From: Octopus sinensis
Taxonomy: Eukaryota
Direction of reading: 5' to 3'
DNA: 19,977 nt
Assembly (NCBI RefSeq): GCF_006345805.1
Contig: NW_021823980.1
Span: forward strand, 1-19,977
Below are positions 9,946 to 19,044 of the stretch, in pieces. Made by a program: the position numbers and the translations under genes. The first letter of the stretch is position 1; the number at the start of each line of letters is the position of its first letter. The notes under the pieces are model-generated. The model saw nothing but the letters and a program-made list of their open reading frames with translations. It made no database searches and was not told where the DNA came from.

Positions 9946-10914
9946 TTGAAGTGCTTTTTTCTGCCCTTCCTGCATGCACTTGCCTTCCACCAGTTCACTA
10001 TAAAACAGTCTCTTGGTGAGCCGCACATCAGGTATTCAAACAAGGTGCCCAGCCAAACTGACTTGCGCCCTCCTTGGCAGTATGTAAATGCATTTAAAGA
10101 TCAGTGCAAGAGAGAGGGCCTCTGTGCCAGGGACCTTGTCTTGTCAGGTGAATTTGTCAACATCTTTCTCAGGCACTTCAGGGAAAGAGGACATCCTTGA
10201 AGTGCTTTTTTCTGCCCTTCCTGCATGCACTTGCCTTCCACCAGTTCACTATAAAACAGTCTCTTGGGGAGCCGCACATCAGGTATTCAAACAAGGTGCC
10301 CAGCCAAACTGACTTGCGCCCTCCTTGGCAGTATGTAAATGCTTTTAAAGATCAGTGCAAGAGAGAGGGCCTCTGTGCCAGGGACCTTGTCTTGTCAGGT
10401 GAATTTGTCAACATCTTTCTCAGGCACTTCAGGGAAAGAGGACATCCTTGAAGTGCTTTTTTCTGCCCTTCCTGCATGCACTTGCCTTCCACCAGTTCAC
10501 TATAAAACAGTCTCTTGGGGAGCCGCACGTCAGGTATTCAAACAAGGTGCCCAGCCAAACTGACTTGGGGCCTCCTCAACAGTATGCAAATGGTTTTCAC
10601 GTCAGCGCAAGAGAGAGGGCCTCTGTGTCTGGGACCTTGTCTTGTCAGGTGAATTTGTCAACATCTTTCTCAGGCACTTCAGGGAAAGAGGACATCCTTG
10701 AAATGCTTTTTTCTGCCCTTCCTGCATGCACTTGCCTTCCACCAGTCTCTTAGGGAGCCGCACGTCAGGTATTCGAACAAGGTGCCCAGCCAAACTGACT
10801 TGGGCCCTCCTCAACAGTATGCAAATGCTTTTCAGACCAGCGCAAGAGAGAGGGCCTCTGCACCTGGGACCTTGTCTTGTCAGGTGAATCTTCAACATCT
10901 TTCTCAAGCACTTC
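9946..10914. repeat. ~251-bp tandem repeat of RTE coding sequence, 4 units
   Basis: TTGAA(G/A)TGCTTTTT starts at 9946, 10197, 10448 and 10698; unit 4 has a ~15-bp deletion. Confidence 0.95.
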
Positions 10915-11119
10915 ATGGAAGGAGGACATTAAATGACGATGATGATGATGATGATGGTGATTGGCTGATTGTATACAATTCTTTAAACCATGAAAGCAGC
11001 CATTACAAAGGCTATCATTAAGTCATTAAACACACATTTATTGGAAGCTTAAATCAACATTTCTGATTGTCCTATCAGAGAGAAAATAACAGCTGGAAGC
11101 TAAGTCTTTTATGCATAAA

Positions 11120-11312
11120 ACACACACACACACACACATCTCTCTCTCTCTCTGTATTATTTACATGTGTGTGTAAGTATATCTATATACACGTGTGTAT
11201 ATATATATATAATATATATATGTATGTATGTATGTGTGTAGATACATATGTGTGTGTGTATATATATATATATTAATATTATATATATATGTATGTGTGT
11301 AGATACATATGT

Positions 11313-11357
<45 letters not shown>

Positions 11358-11398
11358 GTAGATACTATGTGTGTGTATATATATATATTATATATATA

Positions 11399-11438
<40 letters not shown>

Positions 11439-11463
11439 ATGTGTGTAGATACATATGTGTGTG

Positions 11464-11499
<36 letters not shown>

Positions 11500-11591
11500 A
11501 GTATGGTGTGTAGATACTATGTGTGTGTATAATATATCTATAATATATATATATATATATGTTATGTATGTGTTGTAGATACATGTGTGTG

Positions 11592-11623
<32 letters not shown>

Positions 11624-11870
11624 CGTGTGTGTGTGCGCGTGTAAATATGTGTGTGTAATCATGTATATATATATATCTGTAAATGTGTGTGTGTGATCGT
11701 GTATATATATATATGTGTGTGTGTGTGTAAATATGTGTGTGTATTCATGCGTGTGTGTAAATATGTGTGTGTATTCGTGCGTGTGTGTGTATATATACAC
11801 ACATATATAAACTGTTAACAGTGGTATGTGTGTGTGTATATATATACAAATATATAAAGTTGTTAACAGT
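11120..11870. repeat. Compound (TA)n/(TG)n microsatellite
   Basis: Direct reading. Confidence 0.95.
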
Positions 11871-11908
11871 GGTATATATATCAGCTGTTGTGTATTCAAT
11901 AAACATAC

Positions 11909-11942
11909 GTTGTGACCTGCTGCACTACGGCAGACATGTTGA
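11909..11942 (-). CDS. Candidate 34-nt exon, unknown product
   Basis: Minus strand TTAGCTTCCAG|TCAACATGTCTGCC...CACAAC|GTATGT; two frames open (MSAVVQQVT or QHVCRSAAGHN). Splice signals only. Confidence 0.2.
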
Positions 11943-12261
11943 CTGGAAGCTAATTTAAGTGAATTCAAAATAGATCCGGTTTTAATGAAGTATTTCAAAT
12001 ACGGAGCAATGCTCGGGGCTTATAGACATGGCAGCGAACGTACACACATGCCTGCGTGTGTGCGTGTGTATTGCCTATTCACACACTCTCCATGCCTTTG
12101 CATACCTAGCAAACCCACCTCCCAACCACTCCAATTCCTCTCACCATCACTTGCTATCTCGAAACATCCCTCACACTCTTATGGAACATTCCTGCCTCTG
12201 TCCCCTTTGCACCCCTTATACTCCCCCACTTCTGTTCCCTGTGGGCAGGCCTTCTCTCTAC

Positions 12262-12292
<31 letters not shown>

Positions 12293-12560
12293 ATACACAT
12301 TCTGACTTATCTCTAGCTTTCTAACTCTCTCCCATCTTTCATCACCTTCCTTGTCCGACTGGAGTGGTCAAGTACCTCCACTTATAGAAAAATGACAATC
12401 CTTGACCCTCTGTCATACTCCAGCCTCTCGCCTGGTCGTATGGTCACTTCCTTTAGTTCCACTCCCTCTCTCAGCTGAGAGGCCCTTGTCTCGCAAGCTA
12501 CCTGGTGACCCCGTGGGTACTGGTGTCACATAAAGAGCACCCATGCTAGCATCACTTAAA

Positions 12561-13141
12561 GTCATCCTTTACCTTATTTCCGACCACTGGCCGAGTATAC
12601 ATGTGGAGACAGCCAAAAGAAGCATTTGACCCAGACTGCCTTCTTCCAGCCATTAAACATGGAAGAGGATCTGTGACGATCTAGGGACGGGGTTATATCT
12701 TGGAAATCCACCAACCCAATGGTTTCCCTTCATGGCAGAGTTGATAGTCAAGACTATTTAAGCATTTTAACTGATCAAATTCATCCTATGGTTGTGGAAC
12801 TGTTTCCGGAGGGAAACACATTGTTTCAGGATGATAATGCACCAATTCACACAGCTAAAGTTGTTACTGAATGGCACGAGGAACATTCTAGTGAAGTTGA
12901 ACATCTTATCTTCTGGCCACCACAGTCACCAGATCTCAATATTATTGAACATTTACGGTGCATTTTAGAAAACCAAGTAAGGAGTCGATATCCTCCACCA
13001 TCATCACTACAAGAACTGGAGGCTGTTTTAGCTGAAGAACGGACAAGAATCCCTTTGGAAATAATTCAAACCTTGTACGAGTCCATACCGCATCGAATTC
13101 AAGCTGTAATTACTGCCAAAGGTGGTCCTACCCCATATTAA
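12561..13141 (+). pseudogene. Tc1-like DDE transposase catalytic-domain fragment
   Basis: SSFTLFPTTGRVYMWRQPKEAF...KHGRGSV, premature TAG at 12682 and a frameshift near 12690, then FQDDNAPIH...WPPQSPDLNIIEHL...AKGGPTPY*. The first catalytic Asp is missing. Confidence 0.92.
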
Positions 13142-13190
13142 AATAAATTTGTTTGAAATTTTAAGATGTTTTCCATTTTTGTCCAACCAC

Positions 13191-13192
<2 letters not shown>
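12561..13192 (+). mobile_element. 5'-truncated Tc1/mariner DNA transposon with right TIR
   Basis: Transposase motifs followed by ...TTTTGTCCAACCACTG ending at 13192 (CAGTG Tc1-type terminus on the minus strand), abutting (TA)n; the expected TA reads CA. Confidence 0.9.
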
Positions 13193-13237
<45 letters not shown>

Positions 13238-13257
13238 ATGTGTATGTGTGTGTGTGT

Positions 13258-13673
13258 GACCGCTAGAATAAGTACCAAGTTTCAAAATTTAAAAAAATAA
13301 ATAAAAAAGGTACTGTGATCAATTTCTACTAAAAATTTGTTCAAGGTGGTGCCCCAGCATGGCCACAGTCCAATGACTGAAACAAGTAAAAGATATAATA
13401 TATATATATATATATATATCTGTATGTGTGTGTCTGTCTGTCCTCCAACACTGCTTGACAGCTAGTGTGGAGGACATTAGTTCAAGGCGGTGCCCCAGCA
13501 TGGCCACAGTTCAATGACTGAAACAAGTTAAAAGATATAATATATATATATATATATATATATCTGTATGTGTGTGTCTGTCTGTCCTCCAACACTGCTT
13601 GACAGCTAGTGTTGGAGGACATTAGTTCAAGGCGGTGCCCCAGCATGGCCACAGTCCAATGACTGAAACAAGT

Positions 13674-13704
<31 letters not shown>

Positions 13705-14347
13705 CTGTATGTGTGTGTCTGTCTGTCTCCAACACTGCTTGACAGCTAGTGTTGGAGGACATTAGTTCAAGGTGGTGCCCCAGCATGGCCACAGTTCAAT
13801 GACTGAAACAAGAAAAGATATATATATATATATTATACATATATATATAATATATATATACTAGCAGTATCGCCCGGCGTTGCTCAGGTTGTAAGGGAAA
13901 TACTATAAAGCATTTTTAGAGAGTTATTAGCCAAAAAATAGCAAAAAAATGGAAAAAAATGATGGTAAATTTTTTTTGAGAGTAAAAAAAGGTGGAGTTG
14001 CGTCCCCTATACAGTTTGTGTTTCTGATTCTTGACCCCATGTCGAATTTATCGATTTTTTTCAGAACTGGGGGGAACTTTTCAAAATTTTCGCTGTGTTA
14101 GTTTTTGAATTATGACATTGGGCTATGTGTGTGTCAAGTTTCATCAGAATCGGTTGAAAGCCGTGGTCAGGGTGAGGGTACAAGCAACAGACCACAGAAA
14201 CACGCACAGACAAACTGCCGTTTATATAGAGAGAGATATCTGTATGTGTGTGTCTGTCTGTCCTCCAACACTGCTTGACAGCTAGTGTTGGAGGACATTA
14301 GTTCAAGGCGGTGCCCCAGCATGGCCACAGTCAAATGATTGAAACAA
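13258..14347 (+). repeat. ~140-145 bp tandem array derived from the family B SINE 3' half (4 units plus a partial)
   Basis: TTCAAGG(C/T)GGTGCCCCAGCATGGCC at 13340, 13481, 13626, 13766 and 14302, homologous to the SINE tail at 14797-14845. Confidence 0.9.
13861..14236 (-). mobile_element. Complete non-autonomous Helitron (376 bp)
   Basis: Minus strand begins TC (TCTCTCTCTATATAAACGG) and ends CCTGAGCAACGCCGGG (subterminal hairpin)-CGATACTG-CTAG; inserted between A and T with no TSD. Confidence 0.85.
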
Positions 14348-14469
14348 ACGAGAGATGAAAGGTAAAGAGATATTTTACCAAATTCTTCATTAATTTCAAA
14401 ATTAATCAAAACAGGTGCAAATTAGTTCAAGAGAAATACGGTGAGAACCAGGTGAAATTACCCACAGCC

Positions 14470-14860
14470 TGGCTGTGTGGTAAGTTGCTTGCTTATGAAC
14501 CACATGGTTCTGGGTTCAGTCCCACTGCATGGCATCTTGGGCAAGTGTCTTCCACTATAGCCTCGCCCCAACCAAAGCGTTGTGAGTGGATTTGGTAGAC
14601 GGAAACTGAAAGAAGCCCGTCGTATATATGTAGATATATGTGTGTGCGTGTGTTTGTCCCCCTCCCCCAACATCGCTTGACAACCGGTGTTGGTGTGTTT
14701 ATGTCCCCGTAATTTAGCGGTTTGACAAAATAGACCAATAGAATAAGTACTAGACTTACAAAGAATAAGTCTTGGGGGTCGATTTGCTCGACTAAAGGCG
14801 GTGCTCCAGCATGGCCACAGTCAAATGACTGAAACAAGTAAAAGAGCATAAAGAGCAAGA
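14470..14860 (+). mobile_element. Family B SINE, slightly 5'-truncated
   Basis: TGGCTGTGTGG A box, GGTTCAGTCCC B box, CTTGGGCAAGT (CORE-like word) and the family tail. Confidence 0.9.
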
Positions 14861-15339
14861 GATAAACCTGCAATTTAACCCCCCCCCCCCACCCCCACCA
14901 ACCTACCTACATACAGAGAAGCAGGCCACATCATGTACTAATAAATAAGTTTGCCAAGAAAGCAGAGTGCCAAAAGCCTCCCGCCCTGGGACAAGATTTA
15001 GTGACCTTATCACGAGTCAACCAGCCAAGTCGGGGACGACATCTCTGTTAACTCAAACCAGCAACGAGCAAGTTGACGGTTGGCATTTCTGTTAGTTAAA
15101 TATTTATTCATCACTCAAATCGGCTCCCCTGTGGGTTTATGTCTGTCTGTGTGTCGGCAGGGAGACAGCTGTCGGATGTAAATGTCACAACTATCTCTCC
15201 CCCGTCGTAAATAATAAATGTGTTCTCTCTAAAAGTCTAAATATCGGCCATCAACCTATTTTACTGTGTCACAACAGCAATAAATAAACCCCTTCTTTCT
15301 TATCTTTTTGTCCACAATTACAAGGGTAACAGGGCCCTT

Positions 15340-16570
15340 TTATGCTCTTCTGGCCCCAATAAACATGGCTCTCACAAGGTTTTTTGCTATCCATAATGAG
15401 CAGGGCTTCTATCTTTATCACCATGTTCTTAATATCAAGGCTTTTCCTCCAATAAAAGAGCCCTTCTTTTATCAATGATGGGTCCTTTTCTGCTCTTCTG
15501 ATCCCAATAAACCTGGTTCTCACAAGGTTTTTTTGCTATCCATAATAAGCAGGGCTTCTATATTTATCACTATGTCTTTAATATCAAGGCTTTTCCTCCA
15601 ACAAAAGAGCCCTTCTTTTATCAATGATGGGTCCTCTGCTCTTCTGACCCCAATAAACCTGGCTTTCACAAGGTTTTTTGTTATCCATAATGAGCAGGGT
15701 TTCTATCATTATCACTATATCCTTAATATTAAGGCTTTTCCTCCAGTAAAAGAGCCCTTCTTTTATCAATGATGGGTCCTTCTCTGCTCTTCTGATCCCA
15801 ATAAACCTGGCTTTCACAAGGTTTTTTGCTATCCATAATGAACAGGGCTTCTATCTTTATCACTATGTCCTTAATATCAAGGCTTTTCCTCCAGTAAAAG
15901 AGCCCTTCTTTTATCAATGATGGGTCTTTTTCTGCTCTCCTGACCCCAATAAACCTGGCTCTCACAAGGTTTTTCTTTCTATAAGTGGGCCATCTATCTG
16001 TATCATTATGTCCTTAATAACAGGGTTTTTCCTCCAATAAAAAAGTTATTTTTTATCAACAATAATGGATCTTTTTCTGGTCCCGTAGCCCCAATAAATA
16101 TGGCTGTCACAAGGTTTTTCTATCCATAAGTGGGCCTTCTATCTGTATCATTAGGTCCTTAATAACAGGGTTTTTCCTCCAATAAGAGTTCTTTTTTATC
16201 AACAATAATGGATCTTTTTCTGGTCCCGTAGCCCCAATAAATATGGCTGTCACAAGGTTTTTCTATCCATAAGTGGGCCTTCTATCTGTATCATTAGGTC
16301 CTTAATAACAGGGTTTTTCCTCCAATAAGAGTTCTTTTTTATCAACAATAATGGATCTTTTTCTGGTCCCGTAGCCCCCAAAAATATGGCTGTCACAAGG
16401 TATTTCTATACATAAGCAGGGCTTCTATCTTTATCACTGCATCCTTAATATTAAGGCTTTTCCTCCAATAAAAGAGCCCTTCTTTTCCTCAACAATAATA
16501 GGTCCTTTTCCGATCTTCTGACCCCAATAAACAAGGGTCTGGTATGGTTTCTCTATTCACAATTAGCAAG
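15340..16570. repeat. ~143-148 bp satellite-like array, 8 units in two subtypes, unclassified
   Basis: Marker (C/T)CCCAA(T/A)AAA at 15354, 15502, 15648, 15796, 15944, 16089, 16232, 16375 and 16522. Confidence 0.95.
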
Positions 16571-16609
16571 GCCTCTATCTGTATTCTTGTTTTTTTGTTT
16601 GCATGTATG

Positions 16610-16720
16610 TTTGTATGTATGCATGCATGCATATATGTATGTGTGTATATATGTATCTATGCATATATGTATGTATGTATACATGTATGTATGTGTATAT
16701 GTATGATGTATGTATGTATA
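16610..16720. repeat. (TATG)n microsatellite
   Basis: Direct reading. Confidence 0.9.
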
Positions 16721-16859
16721 TGAGCAGATTGCCTATCTAGACATGCCCATATATACTTAAGCCGAGTCAGAGGGAGGAATAGGGAGAGGTATTTGAATAG
16801 GATGTGGAGGGAAGGGAGGGGTAGGGGTGTCTTGCAAACAACTTGCACATACAAGTGCT

Positions 16860-17727
16860 ACCAGTCAAAAGCTCCGTATACCGGAAGCTAGCAAGTGTAT
16901 GGGGGTCATCAGGAGAGAATGCGTGCCGTTTCGGGGCCTACCTCTCGACGGCATCAATGCGCACCGCCCCCTCCTCACTGATATGAGGCCCCGCTTGCTA
17001 GATCAGCTGGTTATATGAAGAACTCGATATACTTCTAGCCATCGCTCATCGTCTCTTTTTAACCAAATCCAGTGGCTAGCCTTCTCCATTTCGGGGCCTA
17101 CCTCTTGACGGCATCAATGCGCACCGGCCCCCCTCACTGATATGAAGCCCCGCTTGCTAGATCAGCTGGTTATGAAGAACTCAATATACTTCTAGCCATC
17201 GCTCATCGTCTCTTTTTAACCAAATCCAGTGGCTAGCCTTCTCCATTTCAGGGCCTACCTCTCGACGGCATCAATGCGCACTGGCCCCCTTCACTGATAT
17301 GAGGCCCCGCTTGCTAGATCAGCTGGTTATGAAGAACTCAATATACTTCTAGCCATCGCTCATCGTCTCTTTTTAACCAAATCCAGTGGCTAGCCTTCTC
17401 CATTTCGGGGCCTACCTCTCGACGGCATCAATGCGCACCGGCCCCCCCTCACTGATATGAGGCCCTGCTTGCTAGATCAGCTGGTTATGAAGAACTCAAT
17501 ATACTTCTAGCCATCACTCATCGTCTCTTTTTAACCAAATCCAGTGGCTAGCCTTCTCCATTTCGGGGCCTACCTCTCGACGGCATCAATGCGCACCGGC
17601 CCCCCTCAATGATATGAGGCCCCGCTTGCTAGATCAGCTGGTTATGAAGAACTCAATATACTTCTAGCCATCGCTCATCGTCTCTTTTTAACCAAATCCA
17701 GTGGCTACCCTTCTCCACTGTAGATAA
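16860..17727 (-). mobile_element. 3' end of a non-LTR retrotransposon, probably HERO-type (restriction-like endonuclease group)
   Basis: Minus peptide LSTVEKGSHWIWLKRDDERWLEVY* (17727-17653) fits the E-x-(A/G)-S-x-W-x-W-x-x-R...W C-terminus I recall for HERO ORFs; a GC-rich 3' UTR follows. Family call is from recalled motif, and the 3' boundary is approximate. Confidence 0.7.
16932..17717. repeat. ~157-bp tandem repeat, 5 units
   Basis: C(G/A)GGGCCTACCTCT at 16932, 17092, 17249, 17406 and 17564. Confidence 0.97.
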
Positions 17728-17939
17728 TGAATTTGTGGTCAATGGAAAGAAAAATGTATGCTTAAAGAGATGGTATTAGTAGTAAAATTTAAAATCTAGT
17801 GAAGAGGGGGGAATGGTAGTAATGGCTAAAACCTAAGAATTAAATGATAAACTTTTGAAAAGTTTTACAGATCTTTACAGTTCCACTGATGGCTTGGATC
17901 TGTAGTCTTCGAATCAGCTTTCTCCTTTCTGGATTTCAG

Positions 17940-17971
17940 GAGCCTAATTTCTCGAGATTGGTATTTAGGCA
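17940..17971 (+). CDS. Candidate 32-nt exon, unknown product
   Basis: TTTCTCCTTTCTGGATTTCAG| acceptor and |GTGAGT donor; two frames open. Splice signals only. Confidence 0.2.
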
Positions 17972-18070
17972 GTGAGTTACATATTCCCTGTGCCCCAATA
18001 ATTACAGGTATAAAAAAGTTAACTTGTAATCTGGATAGAGTAGCTGTAGATTACTGTGTTTGCATGCCGA

Positions 18071-18107
<37 letters not shown>

Positions 18108-18125
18108 GTTTCTTTGCCCTGACAG

Positions 18126-18228
18126 TTTGGTTGTTGTGTCGCTGTCTTACAAGCACTGTAATTCTTTACCAATTTTCTGCGAAAAAAATGCCTGTTCATG
18201 GAGAAAATGTTACATTACTTGGAAACAG
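18126..18228 (+). CDS. Candidate 103-nt exon, unknown product
   Basis: TTTCTTTGCCCTGACAG| acceptor and CAG|GTAAAG donor; two frames open. Splice signals only. Confidence 0.22.
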
Positions 18229-18330
18229 GTAAAGTTTGGTTGTAGAACATCTGGCTCAAGCAAGCGTGGAAAAAGTAGGCATTAAAACAATAGTGATAAT
18301 GATATAAAAAAAAACCATAAAGAATTAACG

Positions 18331-18743
18331 CAGGAGTGGCTGTGTGGTAAGTTGCTTGCTAAACAACCACATGGTTCCGGGTTCAGTCCCACTGCGTGGC
18401 ATCTTGGGCAAGTGTCTTCTGCTATAGCCCCGGGCAGACCAATGCCTTGTGAGTGGATTCGGTAGAAGGAAACTGAAACAACCTGTCGTATATATGTAAT
18501 ATATATATGTATGTGTGTGTGTGTGTCTGTGTGTTTGTGTGTCTGTGTTTGTCCCCCAAGCATTGCTTGACAACCGATGCTGGTGTGTTTACGTCCCCGT
18601 CACTTAGCGGTTCGGCAAAAGAGACTGATAGAATAAGTACTGGGCTTCCAAAGAATAAGTCCCGGGGTCGATTTGCTCGACTAAAGGCGGTGCTCCAGCA
18701 TGGCCACAGTCAAATGACTGAAACAAGTAAAAGAGTAAAAGAG
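18331..18743 (+). mobile_element. Full-length family B SINE with 14-bp TSD
   Basis: A and B boxes, complete body and AAAAGAGT tail; ATAAAGAATTAACG at 18317-18330 and 18744-18757. Confidence 0.92.
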
Positions 18744-19044
18744 ATAAAGAATTAACGTTTATGGCATGGGCCTCTAAAGTCCATGAGAAGCATGGACATC
18801 TAAAGTCCATGAGAGGTCAGCCTGGATTTGATGGTTTCATAGCTATTAAGTTATCTATGATTATAAGTAGAGGGAAGATTAGGAGCCAAAAGGGGGTGGG
18901 GGGTGGGGAGAAGGATGTGGGGTTTGAATATCTGTGAGGGGAGCAGGGAGAGGTGAACAACAACAAGGTTTGTTGGTCTTCACAGTCACAGAAAATAACT
19001 TTCATGTGATGGAGGAGAAACTATTTTGTGACATTTCAATCACA

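Larger units (their letters stand above)
9065..10918 (-). pseudogene. RTE-clade (BovB-like) LINE ORF 3' fragment, degraded and internally amplified
   Basis: Minus peptides KCLRKMLKIH, LRRAQVSLAGHLVRIPDVRLPKRL, KKHFNDVLKASLKNFEIDPNTWETQVQD, AQRKREVCKPRANS and a terminal CLTCDRAFQACIGLIGHNQIH (C-x2-C-x12-H-x3-H) match the post-RT C-terminus of RTE elements. Confidence 0.88.

Noticed and set aside
9043-10019. Three 226-303 aa ORFs as genuine CDS
   Set aside because: Antisense to an RTE pseudogene and produced by a stop-free minisatellite; kept only as a finding.
12010-12550. Pyrimidine-rich stretch that looks like further repeat fragments
   Set aside because: Cannot be assigned to a family from the sequence alone.
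16809-16827. Canonical G-quadruplex motif GGGAAGGGAGGGGTAGGGG
   Set aside because: Real pattern but common, with no functional context here.
18765-18815. ~25-bp direct duplication containing a 7-bp hairpin CATGGAC/GTCCATG
   Set aside because: Small local duplication; insufficient evidence of function.
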